64,000 nucleotides of DNA from an uncultured Methanosarcinaceae archaeon (GCA_963847185.1 CAWJYV010000008.1:256001-320000); one strand, 5' to 3'; positions 50,862 to 61,560 are shown, numbered from the stretch's first letter. Made by a program: numbers and translations. Notes: a model not told the origin generated them from the letters alone.

Positions 50862-51400
50862 TTACCTTTGAAAGGAATAGAGAAGTTGCAGCAAGGATAG
50901 CCGAACATTTGAAAGCTGATCTGCTTCTCTATGAAAAGGGTATATTTGAAGAAGTTTTCAAAAACTATGGGGCAATAGTTGCAGTCTTTGCCACAGGCAT
51001 TGTGGTTAGAGATATTGCTCCTCTTCTCGATAGCAAATGGTCGGATCCCGCTGTAGTTGTAGTAGATTCAAATCTGAGCTTTGCAATTCCTCTTCTTGGA
51101 GGGCATCACGGGGCAAATGAGGTTGCTCGAAAAATCTCGGAACTGGGAGCAATCCCTGTGCTTACAACGGCTACGGAAGTTCATGGTAAGCCCTCAGTAG
51201 AAGGCATTGCAGACAGATTAAGTTGCCAGATTTTCAATAAAGAATCAACTGTAGCTGTAAACTGTGCACTTCTTGACCAGGATGTAGAAGTTCTTGAGGT
51301 TAAAGGACCCAAGATTGTTGTTGTGGATGAGAATGTATCCGTACTGGTAAGAAATCGGCAGGAGACAGCAAAAGTAAAGGACAGGAGAGGTAATAGCTAA
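50834..51400 (+). CDS. cbiG: CbiG N-terminal/middle domains (split cbiG), probable ATA start
   Basis: [31 protein letters not shown]; frame open upstream of TTG 50909 to ATA 50834, with GGAGGT 7 nt before it. Confidence 0.85.
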   Translation: MRSSPGTVVITFERNREVAARIAEHLKADLLLYEKGIFEEVFKNYGAIVAVFATGIVVRDIAPLLDSKWSDPAVVVVDSNLSFAIPLLGGHHGANEVARKISELGAIPVLTTATEVHGKPSVEGIADRLSCQIFNKESTVAVNCALLDQDVEVLEVKGPKIVVVDENVSVLVRNRQETAKVKDRRGNS

Positions 51401-51459
51401 CGAGTTAACAGTCAACTGGTCGGCAACTGAGTTAATAATTAGTGGAAAAAAGATCACAA

Positions 51460-51813
51460 ATGATCATTGGAATCGGAACTCGCAGGGGAATTACAAAAGA
51501 AGAAGTTATCGAAGCCGTGCATCAGGCACTTGATGAATGCGGCCTGAACCTTGAAGAGATCACATCTCTTGCCTCTGCGAAACTTAAGGAAAATGAACAA
51601 GGGCTTCTGGAAGCGGGAGAGATGCTTGGTATTCCGGTGGATTTTTTGCCGGATGAACAGCTCAATAGCTATAACCCCCCTTCATTATCTCAGGCTTCTC
51701 GCTTTGGATTAAAAGGAGTTGCAGAACCTGCAGCTCTTGCCCTCTCTGAAGAAAAACAATTGATTTGCAGGAAGAAAGTATATGGCAGAGTCACAATCGC
51801 AATCGCAAAGTAA
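51460..51813 (+). CDS. CbiG C-terminal domain (CobE-like), separate gene
   Basis: IIGIGTRRG, KENEQGL, GVAEPAAL, RVTIAIA. Confidence 0.88.
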   Translation: MIIGIGTRRGITKEEVIEAVHQALDECGLNLEEITSLASAKLKENEQGLLEAGEMLGIPVDFLPDEQLNSYNPPSLSQASRFGLKGVAEPAALALSEEKQLICRKKVYGRVTIAIAK

Positions 51814-52582
51814 GGAAACCGGAGGAAAACTCTACATCGTAGGGATTGGGCCGGGGTCTGTGGAACAGATGACGGTCAAAGCTAGAGATGTAATCCTTAA
51901 CGCCGATTATGTGCTCGGGAACAGTACTTACCTAGACCAGATAGGGAGTCTCCTTGGAACTCAGGAAGTAATCCGCAGCTATATGGGTAAAGAGGTTGAG
52001 AGAGCCAGAAAGGCTGTGGAGCTTGCAAAAATTGCAAATGTTGTAATGGTTAGTGGCGGCGATACCAATGTCTATGGAATGGCAGGTATTGTGCTTGAGG
52101 TCGCTGAACACGAAGGCCTTGAAGTTGATATCGAAATTCTTCCCGGAGTTACTGCAATTCTGGCAGGGGCAAGTATGCTCGGAGCTCCTGTTGTAACGGA
52201 TTTTGCAGTTGTCAGCCTGAGTGACCTTCTGACTCCCTGGGATGTAATTGAAAAGAGGCTTAACCTTGCTGCAGAAGCCGATTTTGTAATGGCTCTCTAC
52301 AACCCCAAAAGCCGCAAAAGACAGTCCAACTTTTCAAGAGCAATCGAAATAATCCGCCAGTATAAAGCCGACTCTGTGCCTGTGGGGCTTGTTAAGAACG
52401 CTCTGAGAGGGGAAGGCGAGGACAGGGTTGTAACAACCCTGGGTAAGGTCATGGAATATGAAGATTGGGTAGATATGAGCACTACGATTCTCGTTGGAAA
52501 TGGAGACTCCAGGATCTGGAATTCTCAAAAGAAAGATTTCATAATCACTCCCAGGGGGTATCATAAAAAGTATGACTACTGA
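51782..52582 (+). CDS. cbiH: Cobalt-factor III/precorrin-3B C17-methyltransferase
   Basis: VGIGPG, VSGGDTNVYGMA, SLSDLLTPW, LYNPKS, DMSTTILVG, TPRGY. Confidence 0.93.
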   Translation: MAESQSQSQSKETGGKLYIVGIGPGSVEQMTVKARDVILNADYVLGNSTYLDQIGSLLGTQEVIRSYMGKEVERARKAVELAKIANVVMVSGGDTNVYGMAGIVLEVAEHEGLEVDIEILPGVTAILAGASMLGAPVVTDFAVVSLSDLLTPWDVIEKRLNLAAEADFVMALYNPKSRKRQSNFSRAIEIIRQYKADSVPVGLVKNALRGEGEDRVVTTLGKVMEYEDWVDMSTTILVGNGDSRIWNSQKKDFIITPRGYHKKYDY

Positions 52583-53303
52583 AAAGAGTTTTAGTTGTAA
52601 AGCCGGAAACCTCGAAAACCTTGATGAGCTTACCGAGCTTACAGTTGATGTTGATTCCGAACTTGTAAAAATCTGCAAGGATTCCGGGGCGAGGACCGAA
52701 GAAGCCAAGGCTATCTACATGAAAAGTCGGACAATGATCCAGGAACTTATCGGGAATAAGACGCCTGAAGACCGTTTCCGCCAGCGCTGCGTTATTGCCA
52801 CCGGAGATCTTTCGGTTGCAGACATCATGCGTTTTATGCATGATCCAATCTCTGCAGGTGTAGAAGCAATTAAAAAAGGTGCCCCGATTTTCGTAGATAT
52901 TAATATGGTAAAAGCCGGGATTACAAAGGCAGGGCATAAGTCCGAGATTATCTGTGTACTCGATGAAGATCCTGGTGCTGAAATTGCCAATAAGTACGGG
53001 ATAACCCGTACTTCTGCGGGTTTCCTGGCTGCTAGGGACCGACTTGATGGAAGCATTATTGCGATCGGGAATGCGCCTTCTGCCCTTATAATGGTCTGCA
53101 AACTTATTGAAAAAGGTGTGAGGCCAGCCCTTATTATCGGTCTTCCGGTAGGTTTCGTAAATGCAGCCGAGTCCAGAGAACTGGTCAGAAATCTGAAAAT
53201 TCCTGTTCCCTCCATAAGCTGTGTCGGGACAAGAGGTGGAACTCCGATGGCTGTTGCATGCGTAAACGAGCTTGTAGCAATCGCAAGGGAAAGTGAAGAA
53301 TAA
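52572..53303 (+). CDS. cbiC: Cobalt-precorrin-8 methylmutase
   Basis: DINMVKAGI, ITRTSAG, IGNAPSAL, PVGFVNAAES, GTRGGT. Confidence 0.93.
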   Translation: MTTEKSFSCKAGNLENLDELTELTVDVDSELVKICKDSGARTEEAKAIYMKSRTMIQELIGNKTPEDRFRQRCVIATGDLSVADIMRFMHDPISAGVEAIKKGAPIFVDINMVKAGITKAGHKSEIICVLDEDPGAEIANKYGITRTSAGFLAARDRLDGSIIAIGNAPSALIMVCKLIEKGVRPALIIGLPVGFVNAAESRELVRNLKIPVPSISCVGTRGGTPMAVACVNELVAIARESEE

Positions 53304-53583
53304 CACTTTTCCCAATTCCTTTCCTTTTTGCTTCTTACTTCACTTTATATTTTTAGCTTTATTTTTTCTTTTGATTGATTGACCTTTAGAATTTTTTATT
53401 TGGTATGGTTCTCATTTTTCACATAGTGCTCTAAGAAGACTCAGGCCAAATATCGAACTAATCTTCTACCAAAAACGATAATTGAAACTATTTTATACAA
53501 TCTGTCATATATAGTCCTCCGATTAAAAAATAAAAATTGGGGTTTCATTTTTTAAGTTTTTCTGTAGTTGGAGGAGGTCATTT

Positions 53584-53655
53584 ATGTCTGGAGAAATAAA
53601 GTTCGGTATCGAGTTCAGTAAGCTCAGTATAAAAGCAGGAGACAGAGAGGGATAA
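53584..53655 (+). CDS. 23-aa mini-ORF with strong SD (leader peptide or gene remnant)
   Basis: GGAGGAGGT SD then ATG; MSGEIKFGIEFSKLSIKAGDREG; stop is 1 nt before the next ATG. Confidence 0.35.
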   Translation: MSGEIKFGIEFSKLSIKAGDREG

Positions 53656-53656
53656 T

Positions 53657-53890
53657 ATGGTCTGTCCTGTGTGTGTGGCTGGGGGAATAGGGTATGTACT
53701 CTGTCGGTTTCTTGGGTTTCCTGAAGTTGTTATGGCTTTTGTGCTCGGAATGCTGGCGACTTCGACGGCGTACTGGGTGAATCATGAAATGGGCAAAAAA
53801 TGGAAAAGAAGAAAAGGCCAGCTTGTGGCACTTAATATCCTGTCAGGGATTATGTTTTTGGGTTCGCTCAAGTTATTCGGATTGTGGTAG
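53657..53890 (+). CDS. Small membrane protein with N-terminal CxxC
   Basis: MVCPVCVAGG, 2-3 hydrophobic segments, basic loop KKWKRRK; GAGGG SD. Confidence 0.6.
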   Translation: MVCPVCVAGGIGYVLCRFLGFPEVVMAFVLGMLATSTAYWVNHEMGKKWKRRKGQLVALNILSGIMFLGSLKLFGLW

Positions 53891-54029
53891 AGTCGGGAAC
53901 TCTCTTCTACCACATTAGGATTAAAGTTTTGATCCCTTTAAATTCCAATTTTTCTTTTAAGATCGGGAATTTTTACATCCGTATTTTAACTGCTTATTTT
54001 GCTGGTTTAATTCTACTTTTTTATTTTTC

Positions 54030-54680
54030 TCAAATTAATGCCCTCAAGTGGTTCTGATATATCATCCAGAGCCCTACTAGAACCAGTATTATTCCTGCTC
54101 CTTTTTTAAGGATTGAATCATACTTTGATATCGTCCTGATTTTTGAGGATGAAAAATGAGTTGAGTATGCCAGAACTAGCATTGGTATTGCAAACCCTAG
54201 TGAATAAATTGAGAGAGTATATGCTCCGGTAGCAAGATTTCCTTCTTTCACAACTATCGTCAGGATAGAAGCCAGAACTGGTCCTACGCAGGGAATCCAG
54301 AGCACTCCAAGGGAAAGGCCAAGCAAGAAACCCGATACTGCGCCTTCTCCATTCATTCCTCCCAGAAGGGGAAATTTTGAAAAGGAATTAAAAAGGCTTA
54401 TTTCCATGAGTAATGCAAAACCCATTATAAGAATCAAAATTTCTGATAGGATCTTCAGATAACTGATATATTCATGGAAAACTGCCCCAAAGGCAGAGGT
54501 TATCACTCCCATTATAGTGAAGGATATTGATACTCCAAGCACTATCGCGAGAGGTCTGAATTTACTTTTTCCTGCTGACGTTGCCAGGACTGCAGGCAAA
54601 AGGGGAAGGATGCAAGGAGACAGGACACTGAGAATTCCTGCTCCAAATGCAACTACAGGTGTAATAGCTTCAGAAGACAT
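54030..54680 (-). CDS. ccdA: CcdA/DsbD-type transmembrane electron transfer protein
   Basis: LSPCILPLLP and WIPCVGP cysteine motifs, six TM helices. Confidence 0.92.
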   Translation of the reverse strand: MSSEAITPVVAFGAGILSVLSPCILPLLPAVLATSAGKSKFRPLAIVLGVSISFTIMGVITSAFGAVFHEYISYLKILSEILILIMGFALLMEISLFNSFSKFPLLGGMNGEGAVSGFLLGLSLGVLWIPCVGPVLASILTIVVKEGNLATGAYTLSIYSLGFAIPMLVLAYSTHFSSSKIRTISKYDSILKKGAGIILVLVGLWMIYQNHLRALI

Positions 54681-54747
54681 AGTTTTTGAACTTCCATTGT
54701 TATTTATTTAGAAGTTAGTCTATTAGTTGCAGGCTTGTGCGATTTAA

Positions 54748-55311
54748 TCAGGATTCCCCTTTTCCTTCCTGGATAAGGGCAACATCAATAAGCTTCTGAT
54801 ATTCTTCTTTCTCCATTTGTCCAAGAAGTCTGGCTTGGAGTCTGTCCTTGCTAGTGCTTCCATCCTGCTTCATGTACACGTATTCTCCGTTATCGATGCC
54901 CATAATCAAAGAAACGTCAGGGATATATCCTATTTCGAAATAGGTTGCAAGGTCTGGGCTCTGGTCCATGTCTATGGACATAATAGTAATTTTTCCGCTG
55001 TATTCTGCCGCCAGGTCTTTAAGGATAGGCTTCAAAGCCTGACATGGGCTACACCATTCAGCTCCTATTTTTACTAAGACAGGGCCTTCCTGGAGGGATG
55101 TGTTTATCTGTTCCAGCTGGGTTGCTTCAACAACAGCACCTTCTTTCTGTATTTCCTGAGAACCTGTGGAGTTTCCTTTAATATCCTGAGGATCTGTGAT
55201 GTTCTCCTTGATTTCCTGGGGACTGATGTTCTCCTTGGCATCGGGATCAGTACAACCAGCTGTAAAGAGCACAGTTGCAAGAAGGATCAATAGTATAATT
55301 AATTTGTTCAT
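54748..55311 (-). CDS. Exported thioredoxin lipoprotein
   Basis: Lipobox FTAGC, repeated linker KENI..PQ(E/D)I, active site WCSPC; upstream of ccdA. Confidence 0.88.
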   Translation of the reverse strand: MNKLIILLILLATVLFTAGCTDPDAKENISPQEIKENITDPQDIKGNSTGSQEIQKEGAVVEATQLEQINTSLQEGPVLVKIGAEWCSPCQALKPILKDLAAEYSGKITIMSIDMDQSPDLATYFEIGYIPDVSLIMGIDNGEYVYMKQDGSTSKDRLQARLLGQMEKEEYQKLIDVALIQEGKGES

Positions 55312-55652
55312 GTTCTCAACGTTACTTTTTGTTTGTGATTTTTTGTTTTTTCTGTATAGTAATTTCTTCTCCTCTGACTGATCCTATTTCTACTTATTAT
55401 GAAATTGGTTACTGTAAGGCAGAATTAGGATAAGCCATAAATGATCAACTTTAAAGCAGGAGACGATTTTACATTCTTTAATTACATTATCTAAAACATG
55501 AGACCTTTTACTAAATAAGTTCTAATTGTTTAAAAAAGTTTTGAGTGACGTACATAGATGTCCTGCAATAAACTGAAAAAGCCAAAACTGTCCTTTTAAT
55601 ATAAAATATTTGGTAAAAAATAAAGCGTAAGATATATATTTGTTTCTCTGTC

Positions 55653-56495
55653 TTACTTTTCTCCCAGTATTTTTTCTACCGCATTCACAATACCGTCAAA
55701 GTTTCTCTGCCATTCGGTGCTGTGTTCAAGCATCCCCTGTACAACTGTGCCCTTATCTTCCATCTCTGCAATTTTCGGTTCTATAGGAAGCTTTGCAAGT
55801 ATAGGAATATTGAAATCTTTTGAAGCTTTTTCCACTCCTCCTGTTCCAAACACTTCTATTGGCTTGTCGCAGTGAGGGCAGATAAGCCCATGCATATTAT
55901 CTACAATACCTATAATGGGCACCTTAAGTTTTTCGGAAAATCTGATTGATTTTCGGACGCTAATCAGAGCTACGTCCTGGGGAGTCGTAACAAGTACAGA
56001 GCCGTCACATTCGGGAATAAGCTGAGCTACGCTTAGAGGTTCATCTCCTGTTCCCGGAGGGAGATCTATAATCAGGAAATCGAGTGTTCCCCAGCTGACT
56101 TCCTCCAGAAACTGTTTGATTGCTCCCATCTTGGCAGGTCCTCTCCAGATAATCGGAGAATCTTTATTCTCAAGCAGAAAACCGACAGACATCACTGAGA
56201 GGTTGGGAAGAACCTGGATTGGGAGAATTCCTTCTTCATTAACATCTGGCCTTTGAGATTCTAACCCAAAGATTGTGGGGATAGTTGGTCCATGGATGTC
56301 ACAGTCCAGAAGCCCCACTCTGTATCCACGCAGGGCCAGTCCGGTAGCGAGATTCGCAGCAACCGTGCTTTTTCCTACTCCTCCTTTCCCGCTCATTACC
56401 ATTATTTTGCGTTTGATGCGCCGAAGGTTAACTATTATTTTTGGTTCCTCTGGCTTTTTCGACAAACTCTCCAGTGGTTGAAATTTTTCTGTCAT
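55653..56495 (-). CDS. Mrp/NBP35 (ApbC) Fe-S cluster carrier ATPase
   Basis: SGKGGVGKST, DIHGP, IWRGP, DLPPGTGD, VTTPQ, CPHC. Confidence 0.93.
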   Translation of the reverse strand: MTEKFQPLESLSKKPEEPKIIVNLRRIKRKIMVMSGKGGVGKSTVAANLATGLALRGYRVGLLDCDIHGPTIPTIFGLESQRPDVNEEGILPIQVLPNLSVMSVGFLLENKDSPIIWRGPAKMGAIKQFLEEVSWGTLDFLIIDLPPGTGDEPLSVAQLIPECDGSVLVTTPQDVALISVRKSIRFSEKLKVPIIGIVDNMHGLICPHCDKPIEVFGTGGVEKASKDFNIPILAKLPIEPKIAEMEDKGTVVQGMLEHSTEWQRNFDGIVNAVEKILGEK

Positions 56496-56549
56496 TATTA
56501 TCGCCTGTGTAACATTCCGAATTTTTCAGTTTTCCTTTTTCAGATGCTT

Positions 56550-56888
56550 TTACGCGTCAGCATCTTCAGTAATGTCAGCATCCTCAGCCCTGATATAGGT
56601 GCCACCTTTTATCTCTATCGCTTTTCCTGTATTGAGGGCCAGAGCTATCTTCATTCTGGCAGATTTCAGATCCTCCCAGAAGGCCCTTCTAGATATCCCT
56701 ACTCTGATGGCTGCATCTTCCTGTTTCAAGCCTTCAACATCTACAAGTCTCAGGGCCTCAAGCTCTTCCACTGTGATGGACACAACTTCCAGGTCTGATA
56801 GGGGTACTCCTCTGGGTTTGAAGTATGTGACATCTGGCGTATGTTCAACACGCCTCGGACATTTTGGTCTTCCTCTGCATTTCTTCAT
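56550..56888 (-). CDS. DUF134 DNA-binding protein
   Basis: [45 protein letters not shown]. Confidence 0.88.
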   Translation of the reverse strand: MKKCRGRPKCPRRVEHTPDVTYFKPRGVPLSDLEVVSITVEELEALRLVDVEGLKQEDAAIRVGISRRAFWEDLKSARMKIALALNTGKAIEIKGGTYIRAEDADITEDADA

Positions 56889-57392
56889 AGGCTACTTATT
56901 CACATCGCAGAATGAATATATAATAATTTCTCTTTTCGAATAGAAAAGTTTAAATATTTATGTATTAATGCGTGAAATTGGCGCATTTATATACAGATGA
57001 GCGAAAATAACTCCTTCTTATGTTCTTATTATCTGTATTTCTTCAGAAGCCAGTGAGATCAGATTGCATTTCATAAATCCGGCATTATTTCTTTTTTCAC
57101 TTCTCTTCTCCCTGCAAATTCTGATAATTTTCTGGTTCTTCGATATCTCGGGCGGGTAATTTATAATTGATTATCAAATACGGTTAATATTTGAACACAA
57201 TTTACTTGGAAAAACCATGTTCAAGATCGATGTTTATCTATTTGATGTAATCATTTTTTCAACTGAGCAATTATTTCCACCCATAAAAAACAATTAAGAG
57301 CCAATCTTGTCTTTTACGGAACTATTTATACCTTTACAGTTTATCTATGATTATAGTATCCCTATTTATGTCAAAAATCCGGGAGAAAAAGT

Positions 57393-57926
57393 GTGCAGTG
57401 CGCGTTATGCAGGAATAAAGAATGCTTGAAAGGTAAAAATTGCTCTGTCATTAAATCAGGACTTGACTATAGCGGTGACAATCTTAGATCAGTTCAGATT
57501 TCGGCCTGGCTTGAGTCTGATTATTTGAAAAGGACAAAGCTAGAAGAAATTACTATTTACGCAAAAAGAATGGGATACAAAAAAATTGGGATCGCTTTCT
57601 GTATCGAGTATGAAAGAGAAGCCAGATTGCTCTACGATATTCTTTCAAGGTATTTTGAAATATTTTCTGTTTGCTGTAAGGTTTGCAGCCTGGAAAAGTC
57701 CAGCTTTGAGGTAAGGGGCACGGAAGATTCGGAGTTCGAAGCCTCCTGTAATCCTATAGGACAGGCACTTCTTCTAAATGATGATTTTACTAACCTGAAC
57801 ATTATGCTTGGGCTTAAAACAGGCTATGATATTCTATTTGTAAAATATTCTGATGCTCCTGCAATAGCCCTTCCTGTTGAGGAACTACCTCAGATTGGAG
57901 ATTCAGAAATCGATATTATAGAATAA
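57393..57926 (+). CDS. DUF1847-family Cys-rich protein
   Basis: CALC...C..GKNC, KKIGIAFC, SVCCKV, CNPIGQA, KYSDAP. Confidence 0.8.
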   Translation: MQCALCRNKECLKGKNCSVIKSGLDYSGDNLRSVQISAWLESDYLKRTKLEEITIYAKRMGYKKIGIAFCIEYEREARLLYDILSRYFEIFSVCCKVCSLEKSSFEVRGTEDSEFEASCNPIGQALLLNDDFTNLNIMLGLKTGYDILFVKYSDAPAIALPVEELPQIGDSEIDIIE

Positions 57927-57998
57927 AAATCTGCATTATAGAATAAATTTTATAGAACTAATTCTTTTGTTTTGTGATTAAATCTCCCGGAGAAATTC

Positions 57999-58448
57999 AT
58001 GCTAGAAAAATCCACGCACATATCTGGATCTGATTCACAAAATGGATTTAAATGCCTGAAAATTAGAGCTCATCACCTTTGTTGTATTCAGGGCTTTCAG
58101 GGCTATGGATACAGTCCTGCTTTTGTGGCTAATATGATGGCTGTGATCTCTGATATTGATGCTTTTCCTTCCAGGCCCATCAAGCTTGTGTCTGAATGTG
58201 ATGCCATCTGTATTTCCTGCCCCGGAAAAAAAGAATGCTCGGCTCAGCAATCAGTCCTTACTCACAGGATCAGGAACATGGACCTTGTTGTTATGGAGAA
58301 GTTGAAAATAAAAGAAGGAACTGTTATGAGTGCAGATGAAGCCTTCAGATTGATCCGTTCATTAAATAATGCCTCTGATATTGAAGATGTCTGTGGGGCC
58401 TGCAAATGGAGACAGAAGTGTCTCTGGTATATGCAGGTTGAAAGATGA
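57999..58448 (+). CDS. DUF1284-family metal-binding protein
   Basis: IRAHHLCCIQGFQGYGYSPAFVANM, DAICISCP, CGACKW...C. Confidence 0.82.
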   Translation: MLEKSTHISGSDSQNGFKCLKIRAHHLCCIQGFQGYGYSPAFVANMMAVISDIDAFPSRPIKLVSECDAICISCPGKKECSAQQSVLTHRIRNMDLVVMEKLKIKEGTVMSADEAFRLIRSLNNASDIEDVCGACKWRQKCLWYMQVER

Positions 58449-58533
58449 AACTCTTATATTTCTTGAAAAACTATTTTGAAGTCAGGAAAAACTTAAAAAA
58501 TATCCTTTTTTCTCTTCAAGCTTTTACTTGGAA

Positions 58534-59436
58534 CTACCTCAAACCTGCACTGATTTCATAAATTTTTGCAAGAAACTCAATGTTTTGAACAGCATTCTGT
58601 TCTATTCCAAGTTCATCCGGCGAAAAGCCAAGGGCAAGTCCAAGGAGCTGGGAATAATGAAGAACCGGGATTGAGTAATCAGTTCCGAACTTCTCATTGA
58701 CTGCAAGCTGTCCTCTGTCAAACTGAAGGTGACAAAATGGGCACGCATTCACAATACAATCAACGCCTGCTTTTCGGATACATTCAAGTTTATGCTCGAG
58801 CATTTCCAGAGATTCGGCAGCGTGACCTGAGCGGACTCCCCCTCCTGCCCCGCAACACATCATCTTATCTGTGTAGTCTACGCTCTTTGCACCTGTAGCT
58901 TCAACAAGTTCGTCAAAGAAAACAGGAGCCTCCGTTTCTCCAAGCCCCCGCTCTTTTGAAGGCCTAATAAGATGACATCCGTAATGCAGGGCTACTCTTA
59001 GGTCAAGGGGATTTATGATATATTTCCTGAGTTTTTCAGGCCCAAACTCTTTGTACAGAAATTCTATTATGTGTCTGACTTCTATAGTTCCCTTAAATTC
59101 CATCCCTATTCCTTTCAGGCAGCTGTTTGTGCAAGCTTTAATCTCAGGATCCTTTTTCAGCTCCATGTTTGCATCTGCAAGGGAACCGTAGCAGCCATTA
59201 CATACGGTTAGAATATCCCTTTCCATCCTTTCCGAGAGAACGATATTCCGACTGGCAAGGGCAAGCCATGTTGCTTTATCAAAGGATTTGAAAACTCCGG
59301 GAGCAGGGCAACAGGAAGCTTCTGGCAGATCAGATATATCTATCTCAAGTCTCTGCAGGCAGAGTTTTGTTGCTTTCTCAATTCCTGGGTACCTGTTAGG
59401 TACGATGCATCCAAGAAATAGCGATAACTTTTTCAT
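58534..59436 (-). CDS. hdrB: CoB--CoM heterodisulfide reductase subunit B
   Basis: FLGC, SCCPAPG, CNGC, HYGCH, CCGAGGG, CPFCHLQFD; ATG 59436 with GGAGG SD. Confidence 0.95.
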   Translation of the reverse strand: MKKLSLFLGCIVPNRYPGIEKATKLCLQRLEIDISDLPEASCCPAPGVFKSFDKATWLALASRNIVLSERMERDILTVCNGCYGSLADANMELKKDPEIKACTNSCLKGIGMEFKGTIEVRHIIEFLYKEFGPEKLRKYIINPLDLRVALHYGCHLIRPSKERGLGETEAPVFFDELVEATGAKSVDYTDKMMCCGAGGGVRSGHAAESLEMLEHKLECIRKAGVDCIVNACPFCHLQFDRGQLAVNEKFGTDYSIPVLHYSQLLGLALGFSPDELGIEQNAVQNIEFLAKIYEISAGLR

Positions 59437-59449
59437 TATTTCTGCCTCC

Positions 59450-59935
59450 TTATTTTTCAGACACGAGTTTATCAAATTTGCAGGTTTTCAAAAGATTTTT
59501 CAGTTTTTCCAGAGCTTCAGGATACTTTTGTATAGTCTCAGGTATGGGGTCCAGTCCGAGTTCTTCCCTCTTTTTCTTTGTTTCTTCATCCAGAGGGACT
59601 GCATGTCCGCACTCCAGTACCATTTCCGAAACCCACCGGTGTTCTGGAAGCATGAAGCCTTCTCTTACTGCAAGTCTTCTGAGCTCGAGGAGGGCATCTG
59701 TGATCGGGATCCCACGTGGACAGCGTTCCTGGCAGGCATAACAGGTAGTGCATAGCCAGAGGGCATCGTCTGAAAGAACCGATGTCCTGTTCTTGCGTGC
59801 ATCCCTGATAATTCTTCGAGTATTTAGTCCGGTATGCCGTCCAGAAGGACAGCTCCCTGTGCATGTGCCACACTGCATGCAGGTAAGCAGATCAAGTCCC
59901 GCAGTCTTTAACACTTTTTGTATATCTTCACTCAT
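59450..59935 (-). CDS. hdrC: Heterodisulfide reductase subunit C
   Basis: CMQCGTCTGSCP and CTTCYACQERCP ferredoxin motifs; GHAVP. Confidence 0.95.
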   Translation of the reverse strand: MSEDIQKVLKTAGLDLLTCMQCGTCTGSCPSGRHTGLNTRRIIRDARKNRTSVLSDDALWLCTTCYACQERCPRGIPITDALLELRRLAVREGFMLPEHRWVSEMVLECGHAVPLDEETKKKREELGLDPIPETIQKYPEALEKLKNLLKTCKFDKLVSEK

Positions 59936-60481
59936 ACAGGTTCACTGTCTGGTTTTATTATCGATTCTTCCGTTTTAAAAAAGTAAACATAGGCCGAAAG
60001 AAGACAGGTCAGGTCGAAATACTACATTTATAGCAGTATTTCAAATTTTCAGGATTAATGTAGCTTTTAAGAAATTTTTCTTAAATATTTTTTTCCAATT
60101 TTTTAGCTTAATGTTCGTATTACTCTCATAATATTTAACATAGACTTAATCTGCTCAGAGCCGGTACTAAGTCTAGGATATGGAAATTTTGAATATTTAA
60201 TATTTAAAACAGATTGAATCTTCTTATGTTCAGGGAGTTAAACTTGTTTTTGATCCCAGCTTACAGGATTTGATTTCTCCTTTATATAAAAAGTTTATTA
60301 TTTTTCTCGTGATATATGAATTTTGTCTTTTTCTATTTCATTTTTATTAGTTTTCTATTTTTTCCCTGTCACGTAGAAAACAAATTATTGGAAAAAATCC
60401 CATTCCCCATGTAAAGATCAACTTCTACTTTCCAGATTCTTCTTAGAATATTATTTTTAGGATCTCTGGTTTTTGACATCA

Positions 60482-61189
60482 TCAGGAAAAGTTTATTCCA
60501 AGATCCTTAAGTCCGTTAAGTTTTGCAAGATTAATCAAAAGAGGGGTCAAAGACTCCATTGTGCTTGCTTGTTTAAGAGGTCCTCCATCCAGAGGTTTGA
60601 GGCAGCCCATATGTCTTGTTAGTTCCATAACCATTTCCTTCGCTTCACCATCATCACTGCATACAAGTGCATGGTGTACAGCCTTGCATTTTACGATATC
60701 CTTCAATTTTCCTGCCGGGATATTGTGGAAAGCTGCAACAATTTTTGTGGAGGATGGGACTTTTTTCTGGATTGCAAGGGCTGCTGAACCTTCAGCCGGA
60801 GGTTTATATACGAAAAGGCCTTCCTCTCTTACCATCGGGACTACAGGCGTGACAATTATCTTATTTTCAATAAATTCCTTGATTTCATCCATCAAGGGCA
60901 AAACATGGTCAAAATGAACTGTAAGAACTATTAATTCTGCTTCCTGTGCAGCTTCAAGATTTGTTTTTCCTACTATGATTATTTTGGATGTATCAAAACC
61001 GCAATTTTCAAGCTCTGATAAGGCAGCTTTGGCGGCTTCATCTGCATGATCCCTTGACCTGGAACCTATAATTATCTCATTTTTTATGCCTTCAGTCATA
61101 AGGTTTTGAAGTGCTAACCTTAGCACAAGGCCCTCTCCTATATTTCCGGTCCCTCCAAGGACAGCTATTTTTAGCTTTTCAGGATTCAA
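60482..61189 (-). CDS. npdG: F420-dependent NADP oxidoreductase (Fno/NpdG)
   Basis: KIAVLGGTGNIGEGL, IGSR, GSAA, AAFHNI, LDGGPL, ESLTPLLI; TTG 61189 with GGAGG SD (ORF track extends to 61264). Confidence 0.9.
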   Translation of the reverse strand: MNPEKLKIAVLGGTGNIGEGLVLRLALQNLMTEGIKNEIIIGSRSRDHADEAAKAALSELENCGFDTSKIIIVGKTNLEAAQEAELIVLTVHFDHVLPLMDEIKEFIENKIIVTPVVPMVREEGLFVYKPPAEGSAALAIQKKVPSSTKIVAAFHNIPAGKLKDIVKCKAVHHALVCSDDGEAKEMVMELTRHMGCLKPLDGGPLKQASTMESLTPLLINLAKLNGLKDLGINFS

Positions 61190-61560
61190 TTTAAACAACC
61201 TCCAGTTTGCTATATCTTCCCTAACATATATCGAGGAGTTAATATAACTTCTGTCCTTACTCAATCAATTTGAATGTTCAATGTGAAATATTCAATATTT
61301 TATTAAGTCGTCTGAAAAAAATGTAACAAATATGGGAAATCTAATTCTGGATGGACTCGTTTTTCTCCTTTATATTTGTAAATTATTTAAAATCACATCT
61401 TAATTTTGTTCTATAGTATGTCCATATTGTTTCAAAACAAGTTTTTCATGTTATCCTCTAAATTCAGGATGAATTTTATTATACACTTGTACCGCGTCTA
61501 CTAGAATCTACAACTGTTTGTATTTTATTCTCCAATTAAGCAACAACTAGAATAGAGTTT

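Noticed and set aside
50834-51813. Split cbiG as a pseudogene
   Set aside because: Both halves are intact, split at the domain boundary and separated by TAA plus a spacer; separate CbiG-C/CobE-like genes are a known arrangement
39632-57946. Short tandem duplications at ~39632-39665, 44067-44090 and ~57915-57946
   Set aside because: 12-17 bp two-copy repeats in intergenic or terminator DNA, best explained by replication slippage
41478-58536. Pyrrolysine read-through at TAG stops (DUF99 gene, 77-aa gene, hdrB)
   Set aside because: DUF99 and HdrB are already full length at the TAG, and read-through of the 77-aa gene adds only a short non-descript tail
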